64,000 nt of DNA from a virus (Duplodnaviria > Caudoviricetes): the IMG/VR virus record IMGVR_UViG_2836862175_000007, positions 1 to 64,000 of that record, one strand, 5' to 3'. Both the position numbers and the translations under genes were made by a program. Positions 28,301 through 38,696 of this stretch are shown here, piece by piece. The first letter of the stretch is position 1. Each line of letters begins with the position of its first letter. Under the pieces are notes generated by a model that was given only the letters and a program-made list of their open reading frames with translations, was not told where the DNA came from and did no database searches.

Positions 28301-30778
28301 TCACCCGGTCGGGGCGTCCGGCCACGGCCCCCACTTCGGCGCCTGCCCCTTCTTCACCAGCCCGCACGATTCGGTTGCGAGGGGCAGCTTGGCCTCCAGC
28401 GGGCACCCGCACGCGGCGCACGCGTCCAGCGCCCGCTCCTCGCACAGCGCGCACTCCGCTTGGCGCGATTCGAGCACCTCCAGCGGCACCGTCCGGCGCC
28501 CGCCCGCCACGTGCCGCGCCATCGCCGCCGTGTAGTTCATCGCCTGGCGCCACAGCGCCGGCTTCGCCCTCACGTCCTCGGCGCACCGCGACAGAACCAT
28601 CAGCCCGTGGTTGTTCCGATCGCGGCGCTTCACCACCCAGCCCGGGTGGCGGTGGCAGAAGGTTCGCAGCGCGTGCAGCACGCCCGGGGCGTCGGGCCGG
28701 TCGCCGCTCTCCCCAAACGTCTCGGTGCAGTGAACCACGATGTACTTCGCCACCCGCTCGTGGTGCCGCTCCAGCAGGGGCATGAGCGCGTCGGCGGTGT
28801 GATCGGTGTCGATGAACAGCAGGTCCACCGGGGGCAGGTCCGCGGCCGCCGGGTCGGCGGTGCGGCCCTCGAACCGCGCGCCCAGCCAACCCCTCAACCG
28901 CTCCCACTGCGGCTTCGGCCGGGGGCACACGCTCACGAACGTGCCGTCGGCCGGGAGGCCGGCGACGAGCGCCGCGTCCGCCGGCTTCATCCACAGCGAC
29001 AGCTCCGCGGCGCTCGCGCAGCCGGCCGCCAGCGCGCGCAGCGTGCCGACGTGCTCGTGGAAGTCGGACGGCTTCGCGGCCGACGCCTCGGCCCACGCGG
29101 CGGGCGTCGGGTGCGCGTTCGCCTCGCACGCCGAGCACCCGGCCGGCTTCTGCGGTTTGAACTGCGTCACGTCCACGCTCGACACCGTCGTCATCGGGCC
29201 GGGCCACCAGTGACGCGCCTCGCCCCAGTGCGGGTGCCACAGGGACGCGCCGCGCGGCTCGTAGCACACGTCCCCGTGCGCCGTGAACCGGCCGGCGGTG
29301 TGGTTCACGTGAACGGCCGGCGTGCCGCTCATGCCCGCGGGGTCGGCGGGGTCCAGCCGCGCCCAGGCGGACCGGTCGGCCCCGTGGTCCGGTTCGAGGA
29401 CCACCGGACCACCGCCGGCCGCTTCCGTTTCGGCGCGGGTCAGGTTCGTGAGGAAGGTGTCCCACCGCAGGGCCAGCTGGTGCAGCGGCTCGTGTCGCTC
29501 GCGCACCGGCTGCCAGCCGGTGCCGTTGAGGCCGATGTAATCGAGGTGCGATACCACCGGGGCCGACGGGTGCGCGGCGAGGGCGTCGCCGAGCCGGTCG
29601 AAGTACCCGGGCGGGTACAGCACGTCGTGCTCGCAGAACGCGACGGCGTCGAACTGCGAGCCGTCCGCGATCGCCGCTGCCGCGGCGGCCCGGATCTGCG
29701 CGGCGATGGTGGCGTGCGCGCGGCGCTTTTCACCGGCGAACGTGGTCCAGTGGTCCCCGACCCGCACCCCGGCGACCGGTTCCCACCCGCACGCGCTCAC
29801 GGTCACGTCGTGCCGTAAGGTCTGGTCGCGGGCGTGGGTCACGGTCTCGGCGCTCCGCTGGAGCAGCGCGGCGGGGGCGCTGTTGTCCGTGTACCAGACC
29901 GCCAGGATGCGCTGGCGCTTCGGCCCCGGACGCGGGCCGCCGACCGGCTGCACCGCCTCGGACCGCTCCACCAGCCGCCCCCAGGTGTCCGCGGGCAGCC
30001 CCTTCCCGAAGTGCTCGCGGATCTGCGGGACCGCGTCGATTCCGAGTTCCCGGTGACCGATCAGCAGGTTCCACACGTGGTCCTCGGTGCGGAGCGGGTA
30101 CGGGGGCGGCGGGTTGTTGTGCCAGCCGGACACGTCGCGGAACTTGTGCCGCCACCGCAGCCCGGGCACGCACAGCGCCCGGCCCCCGCGGCGCCGCACC
30201 ACCTCGTGAACGTACCCTTCTTCGCCCCCGAACCCGTTGAACAGCGGGTGGAACCCGGGCCACGCCGCGGTGCGCATGAGCCACAGCCCGAGGCCCATCA
30301 TGGGGATCTCGAACGGCTCGCCGGCGGGGGCCGCGCCGCGCGGGTCCGTGTCCCAGGTGCCCCACAGCCCGCCGCCCGGGTTCGGTCGCCAGTGGGTCGC
30401 CAGCCCGCGGCCGTCGTCGTGCACCAGCGGCCCGGACACGATGTCCCGCGAGTCCGGATAACGTGAGGCGAAGTAGAGGGCCGCCTGCACCGCACCCGTT
30501 TCCAGAATCACGTGGCTGTCGATGCACAGGGCCCACGGGGTGCGAGCGAACCGGAACACGGCGTCCCGGGGCTTGGACGTACCGGTGAGGTCCGGGCGGT
30601 GCAGGTACCGGCCGCCCACGGCCCGGGTGATCGCCTCCACCCGCGGGTCCCGCTCCGGGGTATTGTCCACCACCAGGTACTCGACCCGCGGGTGGTTCGC
30701 GGCCAGGGCCGAGAGCACGAACCACACGTGGTCCGGCTCGCCCCGGGTCGCCATGCCGATCGTCAGCGGGCTGCTCAT
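28301..30778 (-). CDS. Multidomain glycosyltransferase (two GT-A domains, SAM-methyltransferase-like domain, Cys-rich tail)
   Basis: LVVDN, LCIDSH, GFGGEEG; FCEHDVLYP; DLLFIDTDH; CALC...CAACGC. Confidence 0.8.
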   Translation of the reverse strand: MSSPLTIGMATRGEPDHVWFVLSALAANHPRVEYLVVDNTPERDPRVEAITRAVGGRYLHRPDLTGTSKPRDAVFRFARTPWALCIDSHVILETGAVQAALYFASRYPDSRDIVSGPLVHDDGRGLATHWRPNPGGGLWGTWDTDPRGAAPAGEPFEIPMMGLGLWLMRTAAWPGFHPLFNGFGGEEGYVHEVVRRRGGRALCVPGLRWRHKFRDVSGWHNNPPPPYPLRTEDHVWNLLIGHRELGIDAVPQIREHFGKGLPADTWGRLVERSEAVQPVGGPRPGPKRQRILAVWYTDNSAPAALLQRSAETVTHARDQTLRHDVTVSACGWEPVAGVRVGDHWTTFAGEKRRAHATIAAQIRAAAAAAIADGSQFDAVAFCEHDVLYPPGYFDRLGDALAAHPSAPVVSHLDYIGLNGTGWQPVRERHEPLHQLALRWDTFLTNLTRAETEAAGGGPVVLEPDHGADRSAWARLDPADPAGMSGTPAVHVNHTAGRFTAHGDVCYEPRGASLWHPHWGEARHWWPGPMTTVSSVDVTQFKPQKPAGCSACEANAHPTPAAWAEASAAKPSDFHEHVGTLRALAAGCASAAELSLWMKPADAALVAGLPADGTFVSVCPRPKPQWERLRGWLGARFEGRTADPAAADLPPVDLLFIDTDHTADALMPLLERHHERVAKYIVVHCTETFGESGDRPDAPGVLHALRTFCHRHPGWVVKRRDRNNHGLMVLSRCAEDVRAKPALWRQAMNYTAAMARHVAGGRRTVPLEVLESRQAECALCEERALDACAACGCPLEAKLPLATESCGLVKKGQAPKWGPWPDAPTG

Positions 30779-30807
30779 CCCGATCCTCTCGTGAAGCTGT
30801 GGTCGAA

Positions 30808-32424
30808 TCAGTCCGGACTGGCCGTCGGGCCACCGGTGCCGGTCCCGGTGGTCACGGGCGCCGGCGGCGGTGTGGTGGTCGTGCCCCCGATCCCGCCCAC
30901 GCACGTGCCGTTGCACAACGCCAGGGACATCGGCCCCGTGACCGTGCAGCCCGCGCACTGGTTAATCGGATCGAAGGAGCACGTGTTGACCCCCAGCGGG
31001 CACTGGCAGCAGAAGTAGTCCACCACCGGGCCGGCCGTGGTGGTGGTCGGCGCGGGCGTCGTGGTCGGCGCGGTGGTGGTGACCGGCGGCGGGCCGGCGG
31101 TGGTGGTCGTTGTGCTGGTCGTCGCGGGGGCCGGGGTGGTCGTGGGGCCGGCGGTGGTGGTGGTCGGCGGCTGGCACGCGGCCACGCACGCCGCGCTGTC
31201 GCCGAGGTACGGGCCGGACTTCTGCACGCACCCGGCGGGCATCGTGGGCGTCGCGGCGCACCCCCAGAACCCGTAGCTCGGGTTCTCCGTGCAGTCGTAG
31301 CACCACCACTGGAGCGGGCCGGCGGTGGTGGTGGTGGGCGGCGCGGCGGTGGTCGTGGTCGGCACGCCCTGCACGCACGCGCCGGCGGCCTGCGAGCAGG
31401 TGCCGGCCGGGGCGTACAGCGGGCGGTCGCACACGCACCCGGCGCCCACGCACGGCCGCACGATCTGGTTCCAGCTCGCGCCGTCCGTGCTCCCCCAGAG
31501 GCAGTCCCCGCCGCACGCGGTCGGCGGGCCGGCGGTGGTCACCGTCTGGCACGGGTTGTTGCCCTGTGGGGAGTAGCACGGGGTGCTCACCTCCTGGCCG
31601 CACCGCGAGCCGGGCGCGGCCGGGCGGTCGCACGCGCAGCCCGACACCCCGTAGGACGAGCAACTGCCGGTGACCCACTCCCAGCCGAGTTCCGCGCTCA
31701 CCCACATCCACCGGCACGAGCCGGTGCAGTAGTAGGGCGGCACCTGGCACGGGGTCGTCGCCTCGGTCGCGCACTCGGACACGGTGCAGGGGCCGGCCGG
31801 GCGCGGGCACGGGCAGGCGCCCGAGCACCCGTTCGACCGCTGCACCCAGCCGCGCACCGGGTGGCAGTACCACACGCACCCGGCGGCGCACGCGCCCGGG
31901 GTCGTGGTCCCGCACGCGCCCGGGGTGGTCGTGGCGCCGGTGCAGCTCGGCGCCGGCGCGTCCGCGGCGAGGCGCCCGCACGCGGTGGTGGCGCAGGCGT
32001 CGGCGGCGGGGCACCACGTCGGGGCGAGGCAGTGACAGCCGGCGGCGCAGGTGGAGGTGGTGCGGGTCCAGGCCTTCGAGGCGGCGGAGTAGGTCCACTG
32101 GCACGCGCCGGCGCACGGGCCGGCGGTGGTGGTCGTGGTCGTTGTCGTGGAGGAAGTGGCGCCGGCGGTGACCGCGAACTCGTACCACATCTGGCCGGCG
32201 ACGAACCCCCGCTCGCGCAACCAGACCACGGTGCCGGGCGCCACCTCGCGGTCGTTCAGCTCGACCGCGGGGTTGACGCTCGTCGTGCCGCGGCGGTAGC
32301 CGAGCGGGTCCAGGTCGCCGCCGGTTCCCAGGTCGGTGCCCTGCTCCTTCCAGCCGTAGCGCCAACGGCCAGACGAGTCGTCCTTGGCGGTGATGACGGC
32401 GCGGATCAGCAGCGGTTCGGCCAT
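30808..32424 (-). CDS. Cys-rich, Thr-rich (mucin-like) putative tail fibre / adhesin
   Basis: Repeated CxGxCxW...CxCxxP modules separated by TTTTAGP linkers. Confidence 0.65.
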   Translation of the reverse strand: MAEPLLIRAVITAKDDSSGRWRYGWKEQGTDLGTGGDLDPLGYRRGTTSVNPAVELNDREVAPGTVVWLRERGFVAGQMWYEFAVTAGATSSTTTTTTTTAGPCAGACQWTYSAASKAWTRTTSTCAAGCHCLAPTWCPAADACATTACGRLAADAPAPSCTGATTTPGACGTTTPGACAAGCVWYCHPVRGWVQRSNGCSGACPCPRPAGPCTVSECATEATTPCQVPPYYCTGSCRWMWVSAELGWEWVTGSCSSYGVSGCACDRPAAPGSRCGQEVSTPCYSPQGNNPCQTVTTAGPPTACGGDCLWGSTDGASWNQIVRPCVGAGCVCDRPLYAPAGTCSQAAGACVQGVPTTTTAAPPTTTTAGPLQWWCYDCTENPSYGFWGCAATPTMPAGCVQKSGPYLGDSAACVAACQPPTTTTAGPTTTPAPATTSTTTTTAGPPPVTTTAPTTTPAPTTTTAGPVVDYFCCQCPLGVNTCSFDPINQCAGCTVTGPMSLALCNGTCVGGIGGTTTTPPPAPVTTGTGTGGPTASPD

Positions 32425-32426
32425 GC

Positions 32427-32440
32427 CCCGGCCGATGGCA
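32427..32440 (-). promoter_or_regulatory. Conserved motif TGCCATCGGCCGGG, copy 3
   Basis: 2 nt upstream of ATG at 32424. Confidence 0.75.
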
Positions 32441-32535
32441 GCGGCCCCGGTTGCCCGTTGCCCCACCCCGGCGGGTCGCTTAAGCTGGCCCGCCGCGGAC
32501 GCCTCACGCCGAGCGTCCTTCCCACGGGAGCCGAC

Positions 32536-32934
32536 ATGCGGATCGCCCCGAACGTCCTCACCGCGCTGCTGGCGGCGGCGCACCTGTTCTTCTTCGTTCT
32601 CGAGGCGGTGATCTGGAACACGCCGGCGGCCGACCGGTTCCGTGAAACGCTCAACTTCAAGAACGACCAGACCGAGGGGGCGAAGGTCGCGATCAACCAG
32701 GGGCTCTGCAACGCGTTCCTGGCGCGCGGGCTCGTACTGGGCCTGTTGCGGTTGCGGGCGGGCCGGCCCGACGGCCGGCTGGTGCTGTGCCTGTTCCTCG
32801 GGTTCATCGCCGTCGCGGGCGTTGTGGGGTACTGGTCGGTTCAGCCGGAGCCGCGCGGGGCGGTCGCGTTCCTGGTCGGGCAGACGGGGCTGGCGCTCGC
32901 CGCGCTGGTGTGCCTCTTCCGACAGCCGGCGTGA
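32536..32934 (+). CDS. DUF1304-like membrane protein
   Basis: H..FFVLE...W; NQGLCNAFLA; four TM segments. Confidence 0.8.
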   Translation: MRIAPNVLTALLAAAHLFFFVLEAVIWNTPAADRFRETLNFKNDQTEGAKVAINQGLCNAFLARGLVLGLLRLRAGRPDGRLVLCLFLGFIAVAGVVGYWSVQPEPRGAVAFLVGQTGLALAALVCLFRQPA

Positions 32935-33054
32935 TGCCGACCGGCGCACCAACGTGGCGGATTATCCACTTCGCGCCCGCCTTGCGCCCGGTTACCCTGA
33001 AACAGCCGCTCGCGACTCGCCGCAGCGGCCCCTCAGACTCAGCCCGGTCGCCCC

Positions 33055-33240
33055 ATGCATCCCTGGGAATACCTCGCCCTGGCGGCAGCGCTGCTGCTGG
33101 TCGCGTTCGCGGCGCTCGGCCCGGCCGGCCGGGCCGACTCGGGCTCCGATGAGCGGAGAGTACCGCTTTGGGTCGCCGTCGTGGCCGCGGTCAGCGCCAC
33201 GGGGGCCGTGGTAAGTGCGCTGGCCCGGGTCGCGTTCTGA
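33055..33240 (+). CDS. Small two-TM membrane protein
   Basis: Two hydrophobic segments. Confidence 0.4.
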   Translation: MHPWEYLALAAALLLVAFAALGPAGRADSGSDERRVPLWVAVVAAVSATGAVVSALARVAF

Positions 33241-33343
33241 GCCCCCGATCCCCCTTCGCGCCCGCCCGGCCCTGGATTACCCTCAGCGCCGCGGGCGCCG
33301 CGCGGGCCGGCCCCGCCGGTGCCCGGCTCGCACTCCCGGCCCG

Positions 33344-34504
33344 CTATTGCACCACCAGCCCGACCGCGTGGAGGACCGCCGCCTTGTCGGTGGTCAGCCC
33401 GATCACCGCCCGGCCGTCGCCGCCGAGCTTGGTTTCCTTTTTGCCGCTCCCGTGTGGGCCGCACCAGGGGCTCTCGTACTTGTCCGCCGGGTCGAGCCGG
33501 CCGTCCGGCCGGACCCTCATGAACGTCACCCGAATGCCGTCCACGAACTTGTTCGACTTCACGGTCAGCCCGCCGACCGCGTACCCCGGCCGGGCCATCA
33601 CCCGCTGCTGGCCGTGATCCGGCCAGTCCCGGTCGAACAGCGGCCACAGGCCGCCCAAGCAGCTCTCGCCGTCCCACCCGCCGACCGAGTAGTCGAACCC
33701 GACGACCGGCTTGCCGCCCTCCACCGTCCACCGTTTGAACTTGTGCGGCTCCGGGATGCCGGCCATCTCCGTCTCCTCGCCGGTGCCGGGGCTGGCCCAC
33801 AGCTCCTTCGGGGGCGCGGGCGGCGGGGTCCGGAGCTTGGCCGTCTCCTCCGCCGTCCACGCCCGGGCGGCCGTGATCGGGAACCGGGTCGTCCCGAGGA
33901 CCACCGAGTTCGACACCTTGAACGTCTTGCGGAACGCGACCCCGTACCCGTGCTCCTCCCGGATGACGTACAACTCGGCGTCCTTCGGCAACTCCCCGGT
34001 CCACGGCCCGCGGTAGGCAACTTCCATCTCGATGGTCCCGGCCCGGTCCCCGCCGGGCGACTGGATCGGAACGCGCATGTCCTTGCCGTTGGCCAAGCGG
34101 ATGACGACCGTCATGCCGCCGTTGGGACCGTCGGCCACCTTCTCCCAGTCCAGCATGAGGGCCTGCCCGCTGCCGGGCCGCGGGCCGAACCGGGTCGGCT
34201 TCGGGGTGCCGATGCGGGGGTTGGACAGCTTGTAGACGGTGTCGGTTTTCCGCGGCCGCAGCGGGGCGGCCGAGGTGTCGGCCGGCAGAAACGCCTCGCC
34301 GAGTTCGGGGCCGTACAGCGCCGCGCTGGGTTCCGCGGGGGCCGGCGTGCCGGCGGGGGCCGGAGTGCCGGCGGCTGCCGGAGTGGCGGCGGCACCCGCA
34401 TTCTCGGTCCGGGCCGGGTCCGGGACTTTTTTGCCACAGCCGGCCGCGAGAGCGACGGCCGCCACAGTGGCGACGAGGAAGCGGTTCCGGGAAGGGAGGC
34501 GCAC
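33344..34504 (-). CDS. Lipoprotein with C-terminal beta-prism (jacalin-like) domain
   Basis: Lipobox LAAGC; ARPGYAVGGL...VDGIRVTFMR...GGDGRAVIG. Confidence 0.7.
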   Translation of the reverse strand: MRLPSRNRFLVATVAAVALAAGCGKKVPDPARTENAGAAATPAAAGTPAPAGTPAPAEPSAALYGPELGEAFLPADTSAAPLRPRKTDTVYKLSNPRIGTPKPTRFGPRPGSGQALMLDWEKVADGPNGGMTVVIRLANGKDMRVPIQSPGGDRAGTIEMEVAYRGPWTGELPKDAELYVIREEHGYGVAFRKTFKVSNSVVLGTTRFPITAARAWTAEETAKLRTPPPAPPKELWASPGTGEETEMAGIPEPHKFKRWTVEGGKPVVGFDYSVGGWDGESCLGGLWPLFDRDWPDHGQQRVMARPGYAVGGLTVKSNKFVDGIRVTFMRVRPDGRLDPADKYESPWCGPHGSGKKETKLGGDGRAVIGLTTDKAAVLHAVGLVVQ

Positions 34505-34703
34505 GGCTTTTCCTCTCGTGCAGGGTGAGGGAATCCGCCGCCTATCGTACTCGCCTTCACGCAAACGGCATCGAGCGAAGGTTATCGGCTCGATCACGTA
34601 GGCGCCCGTCCACTTCACACCTGCCCACCCGTCGGGTAACCTCTGAGCGCGGGCGGCGCGCGGGCCGGAGCCCGCGGTTCACACCGCCCGCTCGGGTCTG
34701 CCC

Positions 34704-35150
34704 ATGCGCACGTGCCTCTTCGTCCTCTCGCTCGCCCTTCTCACCTCCGGTTGTAAACCGAAGTCGGCGCCGACACCACCTCCCGCCGTTGCACAGCAAC
34801 AACCGGAGCACGACCCACGATCCGCGCCCGCGCCGCACGTCGCACCGGGCGATAAGCCCGAAAAGTCCGAAAAGCCCAAGAAAGACGATAAGCCCGACTT
34901 GGGCCTACCTTGGTCCGAAGGCACCGCGAACAAGAAGCTGATCGGGCTGACGGACGACGAAGTGAAGGCGCTGATTGGCAAACCTGATCACGTGAGCCCT
35001 TCTTCGGATCTTCAGTTCACCGAGTGGCGATACACTCAAAACAAGTGGCTGAGCCCGCCGGAAGGCTCAACTGACTTGCGACCCACAGGGTTTGTCCTTT
35101 GCATGCGGGGTGGGAAGGCGAGGCAAATTTACCGCCTCCCCCCGTATTAG
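34704..35150 (+). CDS. Lipoprotein, SmpA/OmlA-like, copy A
   Basis: Lipobox LTSGC; GLTDDEVKALIGKP...WRY. Confidence 0.75.
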   Translation: MRTCLFVLSLALLTSGCKPKSAPTPPPAVAQQQPEHDPRSAPAPHVAPGDKPEKSEKPKKDDKPDLGLPWSEGTANKKLIGLTDDEVKALIGKPDHVSPSSDLQFTEWRYTQNKWLSPPEGSTDLRPTGFVLCMRGGKARQIYRLPPY

Positions 35151-35657
35151 ATTACCCCGCCCGGCTGCTGATACAGTGGGTCGGTAAACAGCAGTTGGAA
35201 CGGGAACGAATCGAAGCTCGGGTGCCGGCCCGCATCCGAGCCGAGTGTGGGCTCCGTGGCGGTGTAGTAGTACCGCCGATCGCTGTAGTTGATGAGCAGG
35301 TTGTGCCCCGCCGCAACGCGGTTCCGGTTCGCCGTCAACAGCGGGTTCGACGAGTCGGGCACGTCTGTGCCCTCCCGCGAGGTGTACAGGAACCGCAGCT
35401 TCACGTTGCACAGCAGCCCGGCGTCGGCACCGGTTTCCAGCCCCTGCGTGTACAGCTTCGCATCGGGCGTCACCGGGATGTAGCTCGTCGGCGTCGCCCC
35501 CAGGAACAGCAAGGAGCCGGCACCGAACCCCAGGAACGGGTACTGGTTGATGGTGTTCTGGAACCGCGTCAAATAGGGCTTTGAATCGCCGTACTGCTGG
35601 AAGTACCGGAACGGAACCATGAACCAGTTCAGCTCAATCATCCCGTTCGGAAGGTAC
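35147..35657 (-). pseudogene. Duplicated 3' end of the tail gene at 36305-37450
   Basis: Near-identical to 36305-36815. Confidence 0.9.
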
Positions 35658-35859
35658 AGGTACGATCGGGCCGGCGGGGCCGGCGCTCGCCGCGCTGGTG
35701 TGCCTCTTCAGACAGCCGTCGTGACACCCGTCGCCACCGCCTGCGCACCAAAGTGACCATTCGACCACTTCACACCTGCCCACCCATCGGATAACCTCTG
35801 AGCGCGGGCGGCGCGCGGGCCGGACGCCCGCGGTTCACACCGCCCGCTCGGGTCTGCCC

Positions 35860-36303
35860 ATGCGCACGTGCCTCTTCGTCCTCTCGCTCGCCCTTCTCAC
35901 CTCCGGTTGTAAACCGAAGTCGGCGCCGACACCACCTCCCGCCGTTGCACAGCAACAACCGGAGCACGACCCACGATCCGCGCCCGCGCCGCACGTCGCA
36001 CCGGGCGATAAGCCCGAAAAGTCCGAAAAGCCCAAGAAAGACGATAAGCCCGACTTGGGGTTGCCGTGGAGCGAGGGCACGGCCACAAAGAAGCTGATCG
36101 GGCTGACGGACGATGAGGTGAAGGCGCTGTTGGGAAAGCCGAACTCATCAGGTCTGGATACCGACGGAATTCACACCCTCTGGATCTATTGGGAGCCGAA
36201 ATGGCTGAAGCCCACAGAGTCGTCGATTGATCGTTCCCCTACTGGGATGTTTATTCAGTTGAAAGATGGGATCGTCCGTGGTGTGCAACGGCGACCGAAT
36301 TAG
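35860..36303 (+). CDS. Lipoprotein, SmpA/OmlA-like, copy B
   Basis: First about 94 aa almost identical to copy A; C-terminus diverged. Confidence 0.75.
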   Translation: MRTCLFVLSLALLTSGCKPKSAPTPPPAVAQQQPEHDPRSAPAPHVAPGDKPEKSEKPKKDDKPDLGLPWSEGTATKKLIGLTDDEVKALLGKPNSSGLDTDGIHTLWIYWEPKWLKPTESSIDRSPTGMFIQLKDGIVRGVQRRPN

Positions 36304-36304
36304 A

Positions 36305-37450
36305 TCAAATCGCCCCGCCCGGTTGTTGGTACAGAGGGTCGGTGAACAGTAGCTGGAACGGGAACGAATCGAAGCTCGGGTGCCGGCCCGCATCCGAGCC
36401 GGGTGTGGGCTCCGTGACGGTGTAGTAGTACCGTCGATCGCTGTAGTTGATGAGCAGGTTGTGCCCCGCCGCAACGCGGTTCCGGTTCGCCGTCAACAGC
36501 GGGTTCGACGAGTCGGGCACGTCTGTGCCCTCCCGCGAGGTGTACAGGAACCGCAGCTTCACGTTGCACAGCAGCCCGGCGTCGGCACCGGTTTCCAGCC
36601 CCTGCGTGTACAGCTTCGCATCGGGCGTCACCGGGATGTAGCTCGTCGGCGTCGCCCCCAGGAACAGCAAGGAGCCGGCACCGAACCCCAGGAACGGGTA
36701 CTGGTTGATGGTGTTCTGGAACCGCGTCAAATAGGGCTTTGAATCGCCGTACTGCTGGAAGTACCGGAACGGAACCATGAACCAGTTCAGCTCAATCATC
36801 TCGTTCGGAAGGTACGCGTAGACCTGCCCGGTGTAGTTGCGGTTGTGTGGTGCAACGGTTCCGGTCTGCGTTTTGAACATCATCGAACCCAGGCTCGCGG
36901 ACACCGTTTCGCCGGTCGGCGTGCGCGTGAGCGTCGTGAACCGCCGCCACTCCTCCGCGTAGGTGACCGTTTTGCCCGCGCTGCCGTCGGGTGGGTAGTA
37001 CGTCAGGTCGCTCTTGACCGCGATGTTCTCGTTCTTCACCAGCGGGTACGGCCGCTTCTGGAAGCGGACCTTCAGGTCGTACGCGGTCCAGTGGGGGTAC
37101 TGCACCGTCACCGCCGACAGCCCGGTGGGCTTCGAGTCGGCCGCCTGGCTCTTGCCGATGCCGGAAATCGTGATCGCGGAGGCGGACAGTTCCGGCCGGA
37201 ACGGGTGAACGACAGGGAGCACGCGGTTGATCTTGCCCGCCTCCGCGTACTGTTGGCCGACGACACGCGCCTTCAGGTTCAGCACGCCGCCCAGGAAGCC
37301 GTCAACCACGGTGCGCAGCGTGTCCGCGTCCGGGGGCTGGTCCTGCGTGTCACCGATGATGCGGTACGTCGCCTCGGCGGACCCATCTTCCTGCGAAATT
37401 GCGGTGGACATACGCTCGCTGTCGCCGGTCAGCTCCATCATCAGTGCCAT
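36305..37450 (-). CDS. Putative tail-tip / distal tail protein
   Basis: Directly follows the tape measure gene; beta-rich. Confidence 0.6.
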   Translation of the reverse strand: MALMMELTGDSERMSTAISQEDGSAEATYRIIGDTQDQPPDADTLRTVVDGFLGGVLNLKARVVGQQYAEAGKINRVLPVVHPFRPELSASAITISGIGKSQAADSKPTGLSAVTVQYPHWTAYDLKVRFQKRPYPLVKNENIAVKSDLTYYPPDGSAGKTVTYAEEWRRFTTLTRTPTGETVSASLGSMMFKTQTGTVAPHNRNYTGQVYAYLPNEMIELNWFMVPFRYFQQYGDSKPYLTRFQNTINQYPFLGFGAGSLLFLGATPTSYIPVTPDAKLYTQGLETGADAGLLCNVKLRFLYTSREGTDVPDSSNPLLTANRNRVAAGHNLLINYSDRRYYYTVTEPTPGSDAGRHPSFDSFPFQLLFTDPLYQQPGGAI

Positions 37451-37451
37451 C

Positions 37452-38696
37452 TCAGCTCCCCCCAAACATCGCGCCGCGCAGTCCGCCGGCCGCGAACCGG
37501 GTCAGCAACCCGGCCGCGCCGGCCGCCCCGCCCCCGCGTCGGCTCCCGCCGCTGCTGGCGTCACCCATTCCGACGAAATCCAGCAGCGCCGCCGGCCCGG
37601 GCGGCAGGGCGTCGCGGACCGCGTCGGTTATCATCTGCTTCCAGTTCAACGGGTTCGCCTGGATCTGCCCCACCACCTTCACAAGGTCTTCCAGGTACTC
37701 GGTGTCCGTCTGTTTGGTGGTGGCGCCCGAGGTCGCGACAAACGCCCGCTCGTTCAGCCGCTTCAGCACGTCCTCGATCGAACCCGTGCCGGCGTCGGAC
37801 GGCGCCGCGGTGAGGCCGCTTTTGGGCGCCTTTCGGGCGTCAACTGCGCCCTGCAGCGAGTCCTTGAACCGCTTCAGCGACTCGGTGGCACCCGCCAGTT
37901 GTAGCAGCCGCGCGGTCGCGATTACGAGGGCGGTGACGAGCTTCCGGAACGCCTCGGCGGTGAACTTGAGCAGCTCCCGGTTCAGATCGTTCTTCACGCC
38001 CAAGAGCTGCCCGAGGCCGGACGCCGCCAGCACGTCCGTAATGGCCTGCTGGACCTCGCCGAACGCCGCGGCCGTCGAGACCAGGCTCTCGATCACCGGC
38101 AGCACGCCCTCGAGCCCCTTGGCGAAGCCGTCGATGAGCTTCCCCACCAGGCGGACCGGGCCGATCAGGTACCCGCTCACGGCCGCCGAGATGCGTTCCA
38201 CCACCGGGCGCAGTTGCTGGATCGACGGGAGCAGGATGCCGGCCCAGTCTTTGAGCGATTTGGTCGCGTACGCGATGATCGGCTGCAGCCCGTACCCGAT
38301 GGTCGCGCGCAGGTCGTTCTGCGCCCGATCGTACTGCTCGACGGCGGACGGGTTGAGGGCGCCGACGTACGACGCCGACGCCTGAACGACGCCGACGATC
38401 GCCATCGGGATCGCGGTGAGCGCGGCGACCACGCCGCTGACGACCGCGCCGGCGACGCCCAGCACCTTGCCGAACTTGCCGACGAACCCGCCGATCATCT
38501 CGAGCGGGTTCGTTCCTTTACCCTTACCACCGCCAGCGCCCCCGCCCCCCGCGCTGGGGAGCTTGGGTCCCGGCGCCTTCAGCCCCTTCAGTTGCCCGTT
38601 GATCTGACCGACGGCGCCCTGAATCAGCTTCAGGGTGCCGAGCTGTTGCGCGGTGAGCCGGGTGAGGGCCTCAAGCTGTTGGTCCGGTGTCGCCAT
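37452..38696 (-). CDS. Short tape measure protein (414 aa)
   Basis: Ala/Gly/Leu-rich amphipathic helical sequence after the frameshifted chaperone. Confidence 0.78.
   Translation of the reverse strand: MATPDQQLEALTRLTAQQLGTLKLIQGAVGQINGQLKGLKAPGPKLPSAGGGGAGGGKGKGTNPLEMIGGFVGKFGKVLGVAGAVVSGVVAALTAIPMAIVGVVQASASYVGALNPSAVEQYDRAQNDLRATIGYGLQPIIAYATKSLKDWAGILLPSIQQLRPVVERISAAVSGYLIGPVRLVGKLIDGFAKGLEGVLPVIESLVSTAAAFGEVQQAITDVLAASGLGQLLGVKNDLNRELLKFTAEAFRKLVTALVIATARLLQLAGATESLKRFKDSLQGAVDARKAPKSGLTAAPSDAGTGSIEDVLKRLNERAFVATSGATTKQTDTEYLEDLVKVVGQIQANPLNWKQMITDAVRDALPPGPAALLDFVGMGDASSGGSRRGGGAAGAAGLLTRFAAGGLRGAMFGGS

Noticed and set aside
28257-29465. N-terminal 400 aa of the 483-aa ORF 28014-29465
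   Set aside because: Overlaps the glycosyltransferase out of frame; only the last 80 codons have an RBS, the motif and a recognisable product
34610-36815. Duplicated tail-gene end as a DGR template/variable repeat pair
   Set aside because: No reverse transcriptase in the window, and the few differences are not confined to adenines
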